Source: Octopus vulgaris (Eukaryota). From it: 124,000 nucleotides of DNA. The notes beneath the pieces were generated by a model. It was not told where the DNA came from and ran no database searches. It saw only the letters and a list, made by a program, of their open reading frames with translations. Shown one piece after another: positions 69,040-82,927 of this stretch. The stretch spans positions 27,920,001 through 28,044,000 of the forward strand of contig OX597818.1 in the NCBI GenBank assembly GCA_951406725.2. The letters are read 5' to 3'. Position numbers and translations under genes: made by a program. The stretch's first letter is position 1. Every line of letters starts with the position of its first letter.

Positions 69040-70560
69040 TTTACATTTTGTATTCAACTCAGTAAATTTTCTTGATGTTAACTTTAACTTACTCACAGGT
69101 ATCCATGCACCATATCATAAACCCAATTCTAAATTGACATATATAAATATAGAAAGTAATCATTCAAAAATAATCACAAATTACTTAGTTAAGAATATCT
69201 AACATAGAATTTACTATCTGTCATCCAATCAAGAGAGTTTTAATATAAATAAGGACCATTATGACATAGCATAGCATTAGCAGGATATAAACAAAAAATT
69301 CAATTTGACCCACATAAATATAACCTACACATAAAGAGTAACAAGCAGATAAATGAAAATTTGATAGTAATATATAAAAATGACCTAAAAAACTAACATT
69401 AACAAGAATAAAGGTAAACATAAAAACTATTGCAATTATAATGGTATTAAAAATTCGAATTTCAACCAACAGGAAACCAACTACCAACAAAACAATCTAA
69501 AAACTAAAATATCCTTAAAATGTAAGAAAAATACTCCATATATTAAACATACACATGGAAACAACAAGGAATACATGAGTAAGAACGATAATAATATCTG
69601 GCTAATATTACCTTATGGGAAGCAGATAAAGATTAGCCTCATCCACATAATTCATTCGATCATTAATAAACATTTCAATTCTAATAAATATAGTACTATA
69701 ATTAATAATAAAATAATACGGATTGGATTTTCAATAACTAAAACGATAATAATAATATCTGGCTAATATTACCTCATGGGAAGCAGATACAGATTAGCCT
69801 CATCTGCATAATTCATTCAATCACTAATAAACATTTCAATTCTTATAAATATAGTACTATAATTAATAATAAAATAATATGGATTGGATTTTCAATAACT
69901 AAAAACCTATTTAGACATATATCATCTTTTAATAATGTAAAACTTGATGCATATTACGCAAATAGAAATAACCCCACCTCCAAATACCAACACAAATTAT
70001 ATTCAAACATAAATGGCAAACATGTTATGTCTAGACAACACATAAACAATAATACAAACACAAATAACACATCTAATAACCATTTAAGTGATTTCTGAAA
70101 TTGTAGGGTTAAAGAAAATTGTAAATTTAAGAATTACTGTAAACATACAAACCTAGTATACCAAGCAACTGTTGAAGCAGAAGGCAAATATTTCTATTAT
70201 GTTGGAGCAACCTTGTGTTATGTGAAATCTAGAATTGCAAACCATCAAATCTCCTTTAGAAATCTCAGTAAATGAAATAGCACTGGCCTAAGTAAATTTA
70301 TCTGGAAAATAAAATATAGCAATATAACTTATAAAATTAAATGGAAAATTCTAAGCAATGCTCGTGTGTATGAACTACTAGCCAAAAACCTGCTCACTTT
70401 GCCTAGATGAGACACACAATATTTTATTTTTGTAGCATAAACATTTAAATGGTAGATCAGAGAAAATTTTCCAATGTTTACATGCACACGAATATATTAT
70501 TTCTAAATATAAATAATTCCCCACTTCTGTTCTGGCAAATAATAATATATAATACATACC
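69040..70560 (+). mobile_element. Penelope-like element 3' part (RT C-terminus + GIY-YIG remnant)
   Basis: VNFLDVNFNLLTG..PYHKPN; VYQATV...YYVGAT...RIANH; KWKILS. Other PLE remnants at about 3330-4500, 9740-10520, 11590-11880, 62400-63990, 66540-67130. Confidence 0.8.
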
Positions 70561-71612
70561 TTAATCACCTTAATCACATACTTTTTATATAAACCCTGCC
70601 ATTTTTATATAATTCCTGCCTTTTAGTGTTTCAATTGCACTATAAGTATTACCTATATACTCTAAAAATATCAATTACCATATTGTAACCCACTCTTAAT
70701 ACCTTTTCTTATTAGTGATATAACCCATATTCTTATTCCCTTAATAATATTTAACTCTTTAAGATTTATTTTATTATTTTTAATAGTCAATTTTTAATCT
70801 ATAATTTTCAAATACCAGTTCGTTTTTTTAAAAATTAATGCCAAATTGAAACCATTTTATATCAACTTAATACAACCTTTCTAAATACCCCATGCAATGT
70901 AAATTTGCACAACAGGCATTTTCCACACTAAACATCTCCTTACATACTTGATTATGCATTCATACATGTACCTAAATATTTTAAGTTCACCCACATAAGT
71001 ACATATAATTGCATAAAATGTATGTATATATACATCCACATCATCCACATACTTTATACACATATTTTTCTGCATGCTCCACTTAATTACTAAGTATATA
71101 TGCATTCTATATAATATATATACTAACACTAACATTAATCACCTATTCAAAGTCTTTTCTCTTACAAACACCACACCCTACTATCAAATACATCTTCATA
71201 GTCTTGATCATACAATTATACCCTAATATCAATCATATCTCGACTCTACTTGACAGAAACATTCCTCTTTGGTAAAACCTTCATCAACTTTTCATGTTTC
71301 ACTTGAAAAGGAAAGTGAAGGAGGAGAGAGAGGTGCAGTCCTTGAGTGAATTTATGAAAAGGTGGGTGAAAGTTGTGAAAATGGCAAGAGTGAATGGTAC
71401 CAATCTCAGTGTAGACCTGTGAGTCGGAGACAGAAGTTGGAGAGGGCTCTCATCCTTGGTATTCAGAGCGATGATGGGGTTCATTGATTATCCCTAGAGG
71501 TCCTCATGTATCAGAGGGATACAACATTTAATCTGGTAGTCTCAGACAACCCAATATATTTTAGATATTATTTATAGCCATATATTATATTTATTATTTT
71601 AATTTCTTAAAG

Positions 71613-71654
71613 ACATGGACGATACTTATGTTAACTTTTCCAAGAAACCTGATA
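71613..71654 (+). CDS. Cytoplasmic cassette exon B1 (MDDTYVNFSKKPD)
   Basis: ttcttaaag acceptor, gtaagc donor, 42 nt, phase 1-1; YVNF. Confidence 0.85.
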
Positions 71655-72657
71655 GTAAGCATATAAGCATGTCTTTAATAAAAATACATTCATTAAAACA
71701 CAAGTGCATCTTTTTATTTTATTTTAGTTGTCACCATACTGGGGACTACCATTAGTGTTAATACTTCTTTGTTTTGAACTCATTTTCCAGCCCTGTCTCT
71801 GGAATAAGTTCTGTTGAAGTTAGCAAAGTTTCTTGCTTAGTGTAAAATATAGTTTTTTAAGAACATGTGTATGCATGTACTTAAAAACAACACTGAAATT
71901 TCTACCCATAATTTACACCTTTATTGATCCTTATTAATAAATCCAGCCCATAAACATTTCTTGTAAGCGTTAGTTATACAAATAAATCAAACAATGATAT
72001 ATTTCACATTAAATTCACTAGATGTTTACTCAGGCAAGAGATATAAAGTAAAGGAAGAGATTTTCAATGGTGAATATGTCACATTATGATCAGTTGTTTT
72101 GTTGATAATTAACCATAATGAGTCCTGTTTTTGAATATCTCTAGCTTGAAAGGGATTATGAAAAATATCTTATTTCTCCAGCCATATTTAGGAATGACTT
72201 TTAATGGTAACGTGGCAGAAATAGTAGAATCAATATTCTGAGTTCAAAAGCCACAGAAGTAAATTTTATTCTGTGAACCACCCTATATGTAGTAACTTAC
72301 ATATCATTTCTCTAATAAAATTGGCATTTTGATTATGGAATAAAATTTTGAAGGCCAATTTACTGAAGAACTTTCTCTCCAAGCACACATTTCGAAATGT
72401 CATTTTACCAAAATTACTCTTTGTTTCCTTTTGTTCATACAAAATGAATTTATTAAGCAATTCTTTTCTTTTTTCCAATACATCAGTTAGAGGATGAAGA
72501 ACTTATACTATACATTCAGCTTGGTTGTATATATATATATATATGAAATGTACAATATGTTTTCCAATATTTTTAGTTACTTTCTGTGCAATATCCATAT
72601 ATTTAAATCATCCTCTCCAAACAATAAATATGCCCATTTTTATATAATTTTTTGAAG

Positions 72658-72717
72658 CTGTGGAAGATCAATATGCTGAAATTAGTGATCCCAAATATTT
72701 ATGTATGAGACTCCCAG
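72658..72717 (+). CDS. Cytoplasmic cassette exon A1 (VEDQYAEISDPKYLCMRLP)
   Basis: ttttgaag acceptor, G|gtaagt donor, 60 nt, phase 1-1. Confidence 0.87.
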
Positions 72718-73056
72718 GTAAGTATAATCAATATTGATAGTACATAGCATGATCTTAGAAGAACAAAAAACAGAAAGGTAACAATCATGAAATATGTCAC
72801 CCTCGAACTTTTGTCTGTTAATGTATGTGTACATGCATGTATGTGTGTGTGTGAGAATGTTTGAGCCTGTCTCAGTAGTATTTACTATGTCTGTGTCAGC
72901 GCAATACTAACATAATTTAGGTATTATTTCTAGCCATGCTATTTATTCTTTGTTCAATTTCAATTCACTTACAATTTTCTATTGTCTCTTCCAAAAATGT
73001 TTGTTGCTTTTGCAACCTTGTCAATGGGTACAAAAACAAAGAATATATACTTATGA

Positions 73057-73100
<44 letters not shown>

Positions 73101-75610
73101 GTAAGGGTAAAAGGTGGTGGAACAATGCTGTAGACAGGGCCATTAGAGCAAAGAAACAGGCTTGGAATGCCTGGGAGAGTGGGGATGGCAGGAGAATATA
73201 TCAGATAGCTAAAAGGGAAGCTAAGGGACAGGTATATATAGCCAAGGGAGTAGCAAAAAGAAGACATTTGCCAATGTTCAGTGACATGAGGATCAGAGAA
73301 CTGAAGTATTTTGGATTGCAAGACAGTGTGTGAGAGAAAACTGTGAAGTCACAGGAGAGAAATGTGTCCGCATGGATGATGGTGCACTTGCATTTAATGA
73401 TTCTGCAAAGAAAATGTGTTGGAGAAGCCATTATGAAAGATTGCTGAATGTGGAGAATGAATGGGAGGAGGAGAGTCTGCCAAAGGTTGACCCAGTTGAG
73501 TGACCAGCTATCCAAATCAACAGTATCCAGGTACATAGAGCCAATAAAGATATGAAGACAGAGAAAGCACCTGGCCCATCAGGAATAACTGCTGGGATAC
73601 TTAAAATATTGGGTGATGTGGGTTATGGTCTTGTCACCTGCATTGTAAATCAGATAGTTCATGAAGGAGTCATACCCAATGACTAGTGTAGCAGCACCAT
73701 AGTCAATTGTTACAAGGTGATGCTTTAGACAGAAGTAACTACAAGGGTATCAAATTATTGGATAATGTGATGAAAGTTCCAGAGAGGGTCATAGCCCAAC
73801 TAATTAGGGAGAGAGTTAGTCTAGATGCAGTTCAGTTTTGTCCCAGGCAGAAGCACCACTGATGCTATATTTCTGGTAAGGCAAGTGCAGGAGAAATATC
73901 TAGCCAAAGATAAACCTCTGTACGTGGCTTTTATTGACTTGGAGAAAGCCTTTGACAGGTTTCCCCAATCCCTTATCTGGTGGTCAATGCGGAAACTGGG
74001 GATAGACAAGTGGCTGGTAAGAGCTGTACAAGTCCTGTACAAGGATACTGTCAGTAAGGTGAGGGTTGGCAATGAGTATAGGGAAGAATTCCAAGTAGAA
74101 GTAGGGGTTTACCAAGGATCATTATAGTCCTCCAGGCAATACCTGAGGAATTCTAGACAGGTTACCCCTGGGAGCTCCTTTATGCTGATGACCTTGCTCT
74201 AATAGCTGAATCACTGCCAGAAATGGAGATGAAGTTTAGGGTGTGAAAGCAAGGTCTAGAATCGAAGGGCCTTTGTGTTAACATAGCCAAAACCAAAGTC
74301 TTAGTAAGTAGGAAGGCTGTCAAATCACAATCCCCTTCAGGTAGATGGCCTGCACAATCTGTAGAAAAGGCACGGGTAGAAACTCCATATGATGTTACCT
74401 GGTGTAAGCTGTGGACAAATAAAAGATGCAGTAATATCAAAGGAAGTTTAACTTGGAAGATAGTTTTTGTACGGAAGATGCACTAAGGAAATGAACGCTG
74501 AAGATGTACAGAAAACAGATTCCATCACATGCCAGGAGAAGAAACTAGAAGTGGTTAATAGCTTCTGCTACCTAGGTGACCAAGTCTGTAGTGGGGGTGG
74601 TCGCTCTGAGAGTGTAAGCACCCTGAGAGAAAAGTTGGGTGTAAGAAGCATCAAATGTGGTGTGCAAGAGAGGTGACTGTGCTGGTATTGCTATGTGTTA
74701 TGTATGAATGAAGACTGCTGTGTGAAGAAGTGCCACTCCCTAACAGTACAAGGAACCTAGGGAAGAAGTAGAACCAGGAAGACATGGGATAAGGTGGTGA
74801 AGCATGACCTTCAAACATTGAACCAAACAAGGGCAATGACAGGAGACCAGGACCTTTAGAGATATGGTGTGATTGAGAAGACCCAGCAGCTAAAGTGAGA
74901 TCGCTGCCATGCATGTCCGGTCCTGTTAAGAATACTGCTGATGTGTTGGGTGATATGATATGCTTGAGAAGACCTGTTGAGTCAAGTAAAACCAATATTG
75001 TAGCTGGAGCCAGTGCCCCCTGACTGGCTCCCATGCTGGTGGCATGTAAAAAGGACCAACTGAACGTGGCCAATGTCAGTACCCTCAGACTGGCTCCCAT
75101 GCCAGTGACATGTAAAAAGCACCATCCAAATGTGGTTGATGCCAGATCTGCCTGACTGGCTCCCATGCCGGTGGCACATAAAAAGCACCAACCAAACACG
75201 GCTGATGCTAGTACCCTCAGACTGGCTCCTGTGCCAGTGACACGTAAAAAGCACCATCCAAATGTGGTTGATACCAGGCCCACCTGACTGGCTCCCATGC
75301 CAGTAGCATGGAAAAATCCCCAACCGATTGTGACCGATGCCAGTACCCACTGACTGGCTCCTTTGCCAGTGGTATGTAAAAAGCACCATCTGAATGTGAT
75401 CATTGCCAGGTCTGCCTTACTGGCTCCTGTGCCAGTGACATGTAAAAAGCATCCACTACACTCTCGGAGGGTTGGCATTAGGAAGGGCATCCAGCTGTAG
75501 AAACACTGCCAGATAAGATTGGAGCCTGGTGCAGCCGCTGGCTCTCCAGACCTCAGTCAAACTGTCCAACTCATGCCAGCATGGAAAATGGATGTTAATC
75601 GATGATGATG
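73101..75610 (+). mobile_element. RTE LINE, 5'-truncated, with seven 66-nt 3' UTR units
   Basis: QFSFVPGRSTTDAIFLVRQ, FIDLEKAFD, LYADDL; (GAT)n tail at about 75600. Confidence 0.9.
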
Positions 75611-76555
75611 ATGATGTATTTGTATATGTATATATAACAGGTTACTTTCAGTTTTCATCTACCAAATCCACTCCAAGGCATTCATTGGCTCATGGCTATA
75701 GAAGAATATACTTGCCCAAGGTGCTTCACAGTAGGACTGAACTCAGAACCTTGTGTTTGGGAAGTAAACTCCTTACCACACAGCTGCAACTGCAAAGCTT
75801 TGAAAATGTTAACGTTTTCAAACGTGTACAAAAAACTTCTTGCAGGTATTCCTATTCAACTCTGATATGCTACCCTTTTATTAATCGATACATTTAATAA
75901 TGCAGTTTATAAGCATATACCTTGTGAACTTTATTTATACTGATAAACCGGTTAATTATATGACTAATATTTGCCTCGACATGAGACACAGAGTAGTGAA
76001 GAGATTTGCAAAGGTGAATGTAATCAGCTTTTGTTGAATATCCCAAATCACTCCTGCTTATGGACAACTCTTGCCAGAAAGTAATCTTAGAAAGACCATT
76101 ATTGCTGTAAACATACTTGTGAATGACTTCTCTTAATGGTAACATCACCATATAAAATATTGAAGTGACAGAAATGTACAGTACTGTACTAAATATTGAG
76201 AGAATCAAATTTAGAGTTAGTACATTCTGTGATCAAATCCCATTGAAGTGAATTTTGTTCATTCTGCTTTTCAATAAGTACTACTTTTACAGAATTATTA
76301 GAATTTTGTTCATAGGGTAGAATTTTTGTGCTACTTAATTTAAACTCTGACTTTGAAATGGCATATTAACCAAAATTGCTCTGTTTCCTCTTGTTTATAC
76401 CAAATAAATTTATTTGGCTATACATGGACATTGGCTGGATATAGAAATTTTTTGTTTCTAAATAAAAGGTTCTATATAAAATATATAATACAATATAGTA
76501 TTATATATATATCTATATATATATGTGTGTGTGTGTGTATGTATATATATATGTG

Positions 76556-76599
<44 letters not shown>

Positions 76600-77163
76600 T
76601 AAATTATAAAATAGGATAAAATCTTTATAAGAATTTATCAAGAAGTCAGCGTGAAAAAACATTATAAGGGAAAAATTCATAATTATTCCCTTTAAATATA
76701 TTTATTTATATTATTTTAAATTTATATAATTTTTAATTTAACCAGAATATATTCAGTGCTGAATTATTTTGAATATACATGTGTACCGAGATGCAATTCG
76801 AAAAGCCTGCCTCTTACATAGATATATAAGAGGGAACAGCCCTATGTACTATGCTGGATACATTTGGTGATCACCTGATATGTTGATTTTTCTGTTTATT
76901 TTTGTGTCTTGATTATGTCTGCACTGATGATTAGAAAATGTATTTTGTACACTAACAATGGTATCATATATGATTTGTGGCTGAATCTTTTTTTAAGAGT
77001 TTGGCGCAAGATTTGCATTCCCTCATGTTTGGTACACTGTATTTTTATTATGGTAATTTTGACTTTAAGAGTCCTTCATAGCATGAGGCATTTATGTGTA
77101 GTAATGCCCTTAATATAAATAAAAATACATACATGCATACACACACACACACACTCACTCACA

Positions 77164-77218
<55 letters not shown>

Positions 77219-77303
77219 TACTACATTCCATGCAACATCAAAACATTAAAAACATCCTCTCCAAACAATAAATATACCAAATATTTAATTTCATTTTTTG
77301 AAG

Positions 77304-77363
77304 CTGTGGAAAAGCAATATGCTGAAATTAGTGAGCCCAAATGTTTAGAAATGAAGCAACGAA
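77304..77363 (+). CDS. Cytoplasmic cassette exon A2 (VEKQYAEISEPKCLEMKQR)
   Basis: ttttgaag acceptor, gtaagt donor, 60 nt, phase 1-1. Confidence 0.87.
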
Positions 77364-77607
77364 GTAAGTACAATTGATATTGTCAGTACACAGCATAACT
77401 TTAGAAATTATTTTAAACTAAATAGAAAACTAAGTCTCATGAAATATGTCACTCTCTAACTTTTATTTGTTAATTTATATACATGTATGTTTGTGTCAGT
77501 ATGAGTCTATATAAATTGTGTTTATTATGCTAGTATCAGCACAGTGCTAACATAAAATAAATGTTATTTATAGCCATGCTATTTGTTCCTATTTTAATTT
77601 CTTAAAG

Positions 77608-77649
77608 ACATGGATGGTGATTATGTTAACATTTCAAAGAAAACTGGAG
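77608..77649 (+). CDS. Cytoplasmic cassette exon B2 (MDGDYVNISKKTG)
   Basis: ttcttaaag acceptor, G|gtaagt donor, 42 nt, phase 1-1. Confidence 0.87.
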
Positions 77650-78125
77650 GTAAGTGTGTAAGCAGTTTATTAACAAAAAATACATTCATTAGAGCACAAG
77701 TTAGAAAATATTTTGGCTCATTCTTTTTTTGAGTAGAATATACAGCTTAATATATATTCATGATTGAAAGTAAAACTTTGAAAATTTAAAAATTTTATTG
77801 CACATACAATAAATTTCTTGTAGATATACGCGATTCTGATATTTTACCCTTTTATTAATCCATACACTTAATAATGCAGTTCATAAGCGTAGATTTTGTA
77901 ATTCTTATTAGTACAAATAAACCAAATAATTATATGACTAATATTGAATTAAGTAGATATTTGCATAGACATGAAATAAAGTATTAAAGAGATTTGTAAA
78001 GGTGAATGTGATCGAGTATCCAAATTCACTCCTGGTTATGGTTAACTCTAGCAAGAAAGTAATCTTAGAAAGAAACCTATTTCTGTACACTAAAATAGTT
78101 GGCATTCATTGGTCTCAACAGTCCA

Positions 78126-78525
78126 TAGACCAATTGAAAACAACACTAAGATAAGATTAACAAGAGCTCGCAGAGAGCACAAACCTCCACCAAAGCAACA
78201 TCAATGTCCTCTCAATGATTAGCCTGAGATGACTTTTAAAATGAGAATATCTGAAATAAACTTGAAAGCGCTTACAAATGAGAATATAAAAATGAACCCA
78301 ACCACTCTCAAAAATTAAGTAAAAAAAAAACAGGAAAAATAATCCAGAATTCTTGTCCAGATCAATCCCAAAACTTAATTAGTTCATGCCAGTCATGAGG
78401 CCAAACATCACTGAAAATTTCATCTGAATCCATCCAGCGGTTCTTGAGATATCTTGCCCATGGACAAATAAACAAACAAACACGACTGAAAACAAAACCC
78501 CCGCCTTTGCCAAGGCGGAGGTAAT
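78126..78525 (-). mobile_element. Non-autonomous hairpin-ended element (HINE/DINE-like); second copy at about 111270-111600 (+)
   Basis: Terminal ccgcctttgccaaggcgg hairpin; shared ggacaagatatctcaagaac.gctggatggattc.gatgaaa body. Confidence 0.55.
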
Positions 78526-79115
78526 AATAAAACTGAAGTGAAGAGCAACTATATAGTACATGTAGTTAATTGTGCCACCCCCATTCCCCACAAAAAAAAA
78601 AAAAAAAGTGAACATCCTCAAACAGAACAATATCTGTTTCAACACACAATTTTACATAAGTAATCTTGCCAAACAAATACAGAAATGAATTTCTGTAAAA
78701 ATATTTGTGAATAACTTCTCTTAACATCACCACTTTTGAATATCAATAAAATATTAAAGTGACAGAAATAGTACAGTATTGTATTAAATAATGACAAAAT
78801 TAAATTTAGTGTTTGCACATTCTGAGGTCATATCCCGATGAAATAAATTTTGTTCACTCAACTCCTCAATAAACACTACTTTTACATAATTATTAGCATT
78901 TTGCTTATAGAATAGAATTTTTGTGCCAATCCACTGAGGAGCCCTTTTCCAAACTCTCACTTTGAAATGGCATATTAACCAAAATTACTCTTTGTTTCTT
79001 CTTGTTCATACCAAATAAATTATTTATTTAGCAATGCTCTTCTTTTTCACAATATCTGAATGAGAGGATGGAATTTGGCTGGATTTAAATATTTTTGTTT
79101 CTAAATACATATTTC

Positions 79116-79169
<54 letters not shown>

Positions 79170-79205
79170 ATATATATATATATATGTATATATATGTGTG
79201 TATAT

Positions 79206-81629
79206 ATCATCATCATCATCATTTAATGTCCGTTGTCCATGCTGACATGGGTTGGACTGGGCTGGCACACTGGAAGGTTGCACCAGACTCCAGTCTGATT
79301 TGGCATGATTTTCTATGGTTTGATGCCCTTCCTAACACCAACCACTCCGAGAGTGTAATGGGTGCTTTAACGTGCCACCAGTATGGATGCCATTTGCATG
79401 ATACTGGTCTTCTTCTCAAGCACAACATAATTGCCAAAGATCTCAGTCATTGCTTCCATGAGACCCACTGCTTCAAAGGAGCTCAGCCACTTTGCTTCCA
79501 TGAGACCCAACATTAAAAAAAAAACTTGGCCACTTTGCCTCTGTGAGGCCCAATGCTCAAAGAAACTCAGCTACTTATGCCTCCATGGGACCCAACACTT
79601 GAAAGGAACTCAGCCACTTTGCCTCTGGAGGCCCAATGCTTGAGTGGTGCCCTTTATGTGCCACCAGCAGGGGTGCCAGTTTTGTGACACCAACATCAGC
79701 CATGACAAGGATTTCATTAAGCTTCACAAGTCTTCTTAAGCACAACATATCACCAAAGGTCTCAGTCACTAGTCATTGCTTCTGTGAGGTCAAAAGTTCA
79801 AATTTCATGCTTCACCACTTTGTCCCATGTCTTCCTGGATCTACATCTACCACAGGTTCCTTCCACAGTAAGAGATTGGCACTTTTTTACACAGCTGTTC
79901 TCATCCATATGTATCACATAACCATACCAGTGCAGTCATCTCTCTTGCACACCACATCTGATATCTTTTATGCCTAACTTTTCTCTCAAGATGCATACAC
80001 TCTGTTGAACATGCACACTGATATTGCACATCCAATGAAGCATACTGGCTTCATTTCTTTCGAGCCTACACACGTCCTTGGCTGTCACAGCCCATGTTTC
80101 ACTGCCATCTAGCATAGCAATTTCCACATAGGCATCATACAATCTGCTGTTCATTCTGAGAGAGAAGCCCTTTGTTACCAGCAGAGGTAGAAGCTCTCTG
80201 AACTTTGCCCAGCCTAATCTTATTCTCACAGCTATCCTCTCAGCCCATCCACCTCCACTACTAACTTGATCACCTGGATAACAGAAGCTATCTACTACCT
80301 CTACCTGTTGATGGAGTCTATTTTTTGCTTATTTTCAGCGTTTATTGTACCTGTGCATCTTCCATATACAAAGTCTAGCTTCCTCTGATATTGCTCACCT
80401 TTTTATGTGTTCAAATCTTACACCAAGTGCATCATATGGAATTTCTACCTACACCTTTTCTACAGACCGAGCAGGGCCATCTACCTGAAGGGATTTGTGA
80501 TTTGTCTGCCTTCCTACTTACTAAGACTTTGGTTTTTGATTCATTAATTCTAAGACCCTTCGATTCTAGACCTTGCTTCCATACCTGGAACTTCTTTAGT
80601 TCTGGTTGTGGTTCAGCTATAAGAGCAAGGTCATCAGTGTAGAGGTGCTCCCAGGGGCAGCTTGTCTTAAATTCATCTGTAATAGCCTGGAGGACTATGA
80701 TGAACAAGCCTCTTGTTCATCATACAGAGTTCCAATCCTTGGCGAACCCCTACTTGTACCCTGAAATCTTTACTGTACTCATTGCCAACCCTCACTTTAC
80801 TGGTAGCATCCCTGTACATAGCTTGTACAGCTCCCACCAACTACTTGTCTATCCCTAATTTTCGCATTGACCACCAGATAAGGAATCGGGGGACACTGTC
80901 AAAAGCTTTCTCCAAATCAACAAAGGCCAAGTACAGCGATTTATCTTTGGCTAGGTATTTCTCCTTCAGCTGCCTTACCAGAAATATAGCATCACTGGTG
81001 CTTCTCCCTGGCACAAAACCGAACTGCATCTCATCTTAGATAACCCTCTCCCTAATTAGTTGGGCTATGACTCTCTCCATAACTTTCATCACCTAATCCA
81101 ACAATTTGATACCTCTGTAATTATTTCTATCTAAAGCATTACCTTTACCTTTGTAGCTGTTGACTAAGGTGCTGATACACTAGTCATTGGGTATGACTCT
81201 TTTGTGAACCACCTGATTTACAATACAAGTGACTAGACCATAACCCACACTGCCAGATATTTTAAGAATCTTAGCGGAGATTCCTGATGAACTGGGTGCT
81301 TTCCCTGCCTTCATATCCTTAATTGCTTTATCTACATAGGTACTGTTGATTCGTGTAGCTGGTACCTGAATTGGGTCAACATTTAGCAAACTCTCCTCCT
81401 TCTATTCAATCTCCACATTCAACTGTCTTTCAAAACGGCATTTCTAAGCCTCTTTCTTTGCAGAATCATTAAATGCAAGTGCACCATCATCTATGCAGAA
81501 ACATTTCTCTCTCATGACGTCATGATCTTATCTCACACACTGTCTTGCAATCTGAAATATTTCAGTTCTTTGGTCCTCATGTCACTGAATATTGGCAAAC
81601 TTCTTCTTTTCGGCTTCTCCCTTGACTAA
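79206..81629 (-). mobile_element. RTE LINE fragment
   Basis: MQFGFVPGRSTSDAIFLVRQ, LYTDDL, (CAT)n at the left end. Confidence 0.88.
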
Positions 81630-82800
81630 TCTTAATATACAAAATACCCTGTCTGTGTGTGTATGTCCTCAATGCATGCTCAAACCTCTGGATCAATCTG
81701 CACCATACTTGGGGTTCATGAATAATTTGACCTTGGAAAGAATAATACCGTCTTGATTATTCCATAACTGGGATCACTTGCAGCTGTTGCCTGGACAAGA
81801 ACAGTCTTTCAAATCTTTTGAAATTGTCAATGATCATGACCAGGCTGTAGTTTTTCCAACTGAGTTCCTGAATTCTCTACAGCCATTCTGGTAAGCTATC
81901 TCACAACTAAACACTTAAAAAGGGCGCCCCAATCATGCTGCTTAGGAATCTGGATCCACCTCGTCTGTGTAATGGCACCAAACTGGTGGTGAAAGCAATG
82001 CAACTCCATGTCCTAGAGGCAACAATTATGACTGGGGACTATAAGGGTGAGGTTGTCTTCATTCCATGGATCCCGTTAATCCCATATGACCTCCCCTTTG
82101 AATTTAAACAGTTCCAGTTCCCAATGAAACAAAATTTCGCTATGTCAATAAACAAGTCTCAAGAACAGTCTCTCAAGGTTGTTGAAATTCACCTTGCTTC
82201 TTTCATGGGAAATTATATGTAGGATGTTCAGGAGTTGGAAGTCCCCAAAATTTTTTTCATTTAAACACCAATTAAAGGACACATTGTATATTTAGAAGTT
82301 CTAGATAATTAAACCGTGATTGATTTTCAGATTTGTTTCAATACATTTGTTTATATCATCTGGTAGAATTTTTGTTAAATGTACTCATTAATAGTAGATC
82401 AGTTCTTCTCCAATTTTTCCATTTATGTTCAATGTGTTTTAAATAAGTACTGACAATTGAAGGTGATTGCAAAGACAAAGAACTACCAGGTTTTTTAACA
82501 ATTTTAGTAGTGAAAACATTGGATAAAACATGTTATTGACATTAATAGTTTGCACCTTAGTTAATTACTGTTGAGAACTGCATAATCCATGTTTCATTTT
82601 ACTTAGAGGTTTAAAAGGCATAGTTAAATTTCATTATTTTCAATAACCTGAGAAATGCTAGGTTATTAATGTATAAAATAGGTATCTCAGCTACTAGGAG
82701 GTAAGACCTGCATAGTCTATGTTTCATGTTAGAGATCTAAAAGGCATTTTAAAATTCCACTATTTTCTTTAACCCAGGCAATGCTGGGTATTTCTGCTAG
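81630..82800 (+). mobile_element. Non-autonomous Helitron with both termini and a PIF1-type helicase fragment
   Basis: A|TC 5' end, acccagg-caat-gctgggt hairpin, CTAG|T 3' end; ORF 81935-82222 MLLRNLDPPRLCNGT...QFPMKQNFAMSINKSQ. Confidence 0.9.
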
Positions 82801-82811
82801 TGTGTGTGTGA

Positions 82812-82867
<56 letters not shown>

Positions 82868-82927
82868 ATAATAAATATTAGGGAATAATAGTGGTTTTGT
82901 CTCGAATTAATATTATATATATATATA

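Noticed and set aside
74982-75450. Regularly spaced repeats resembling a CRISPR array
   Set aside because: Whole 66-nt units are similar, with no unique spacers and no cas genes; eukaryotic LINE 3' UTR
74651-75490. Long ORFs over RTE 3' UTRs (also 33990-34763, 109424-110107)
   Set aside because: Artefacts of the 66-nt (multiple of 3) tandem units and of antisense LINE sequence; no gene-like structure
81935-82222. Host PIF1 helicase gene
   Set aside because: Fragment with surrounding stops, enclosed by Helitron termini
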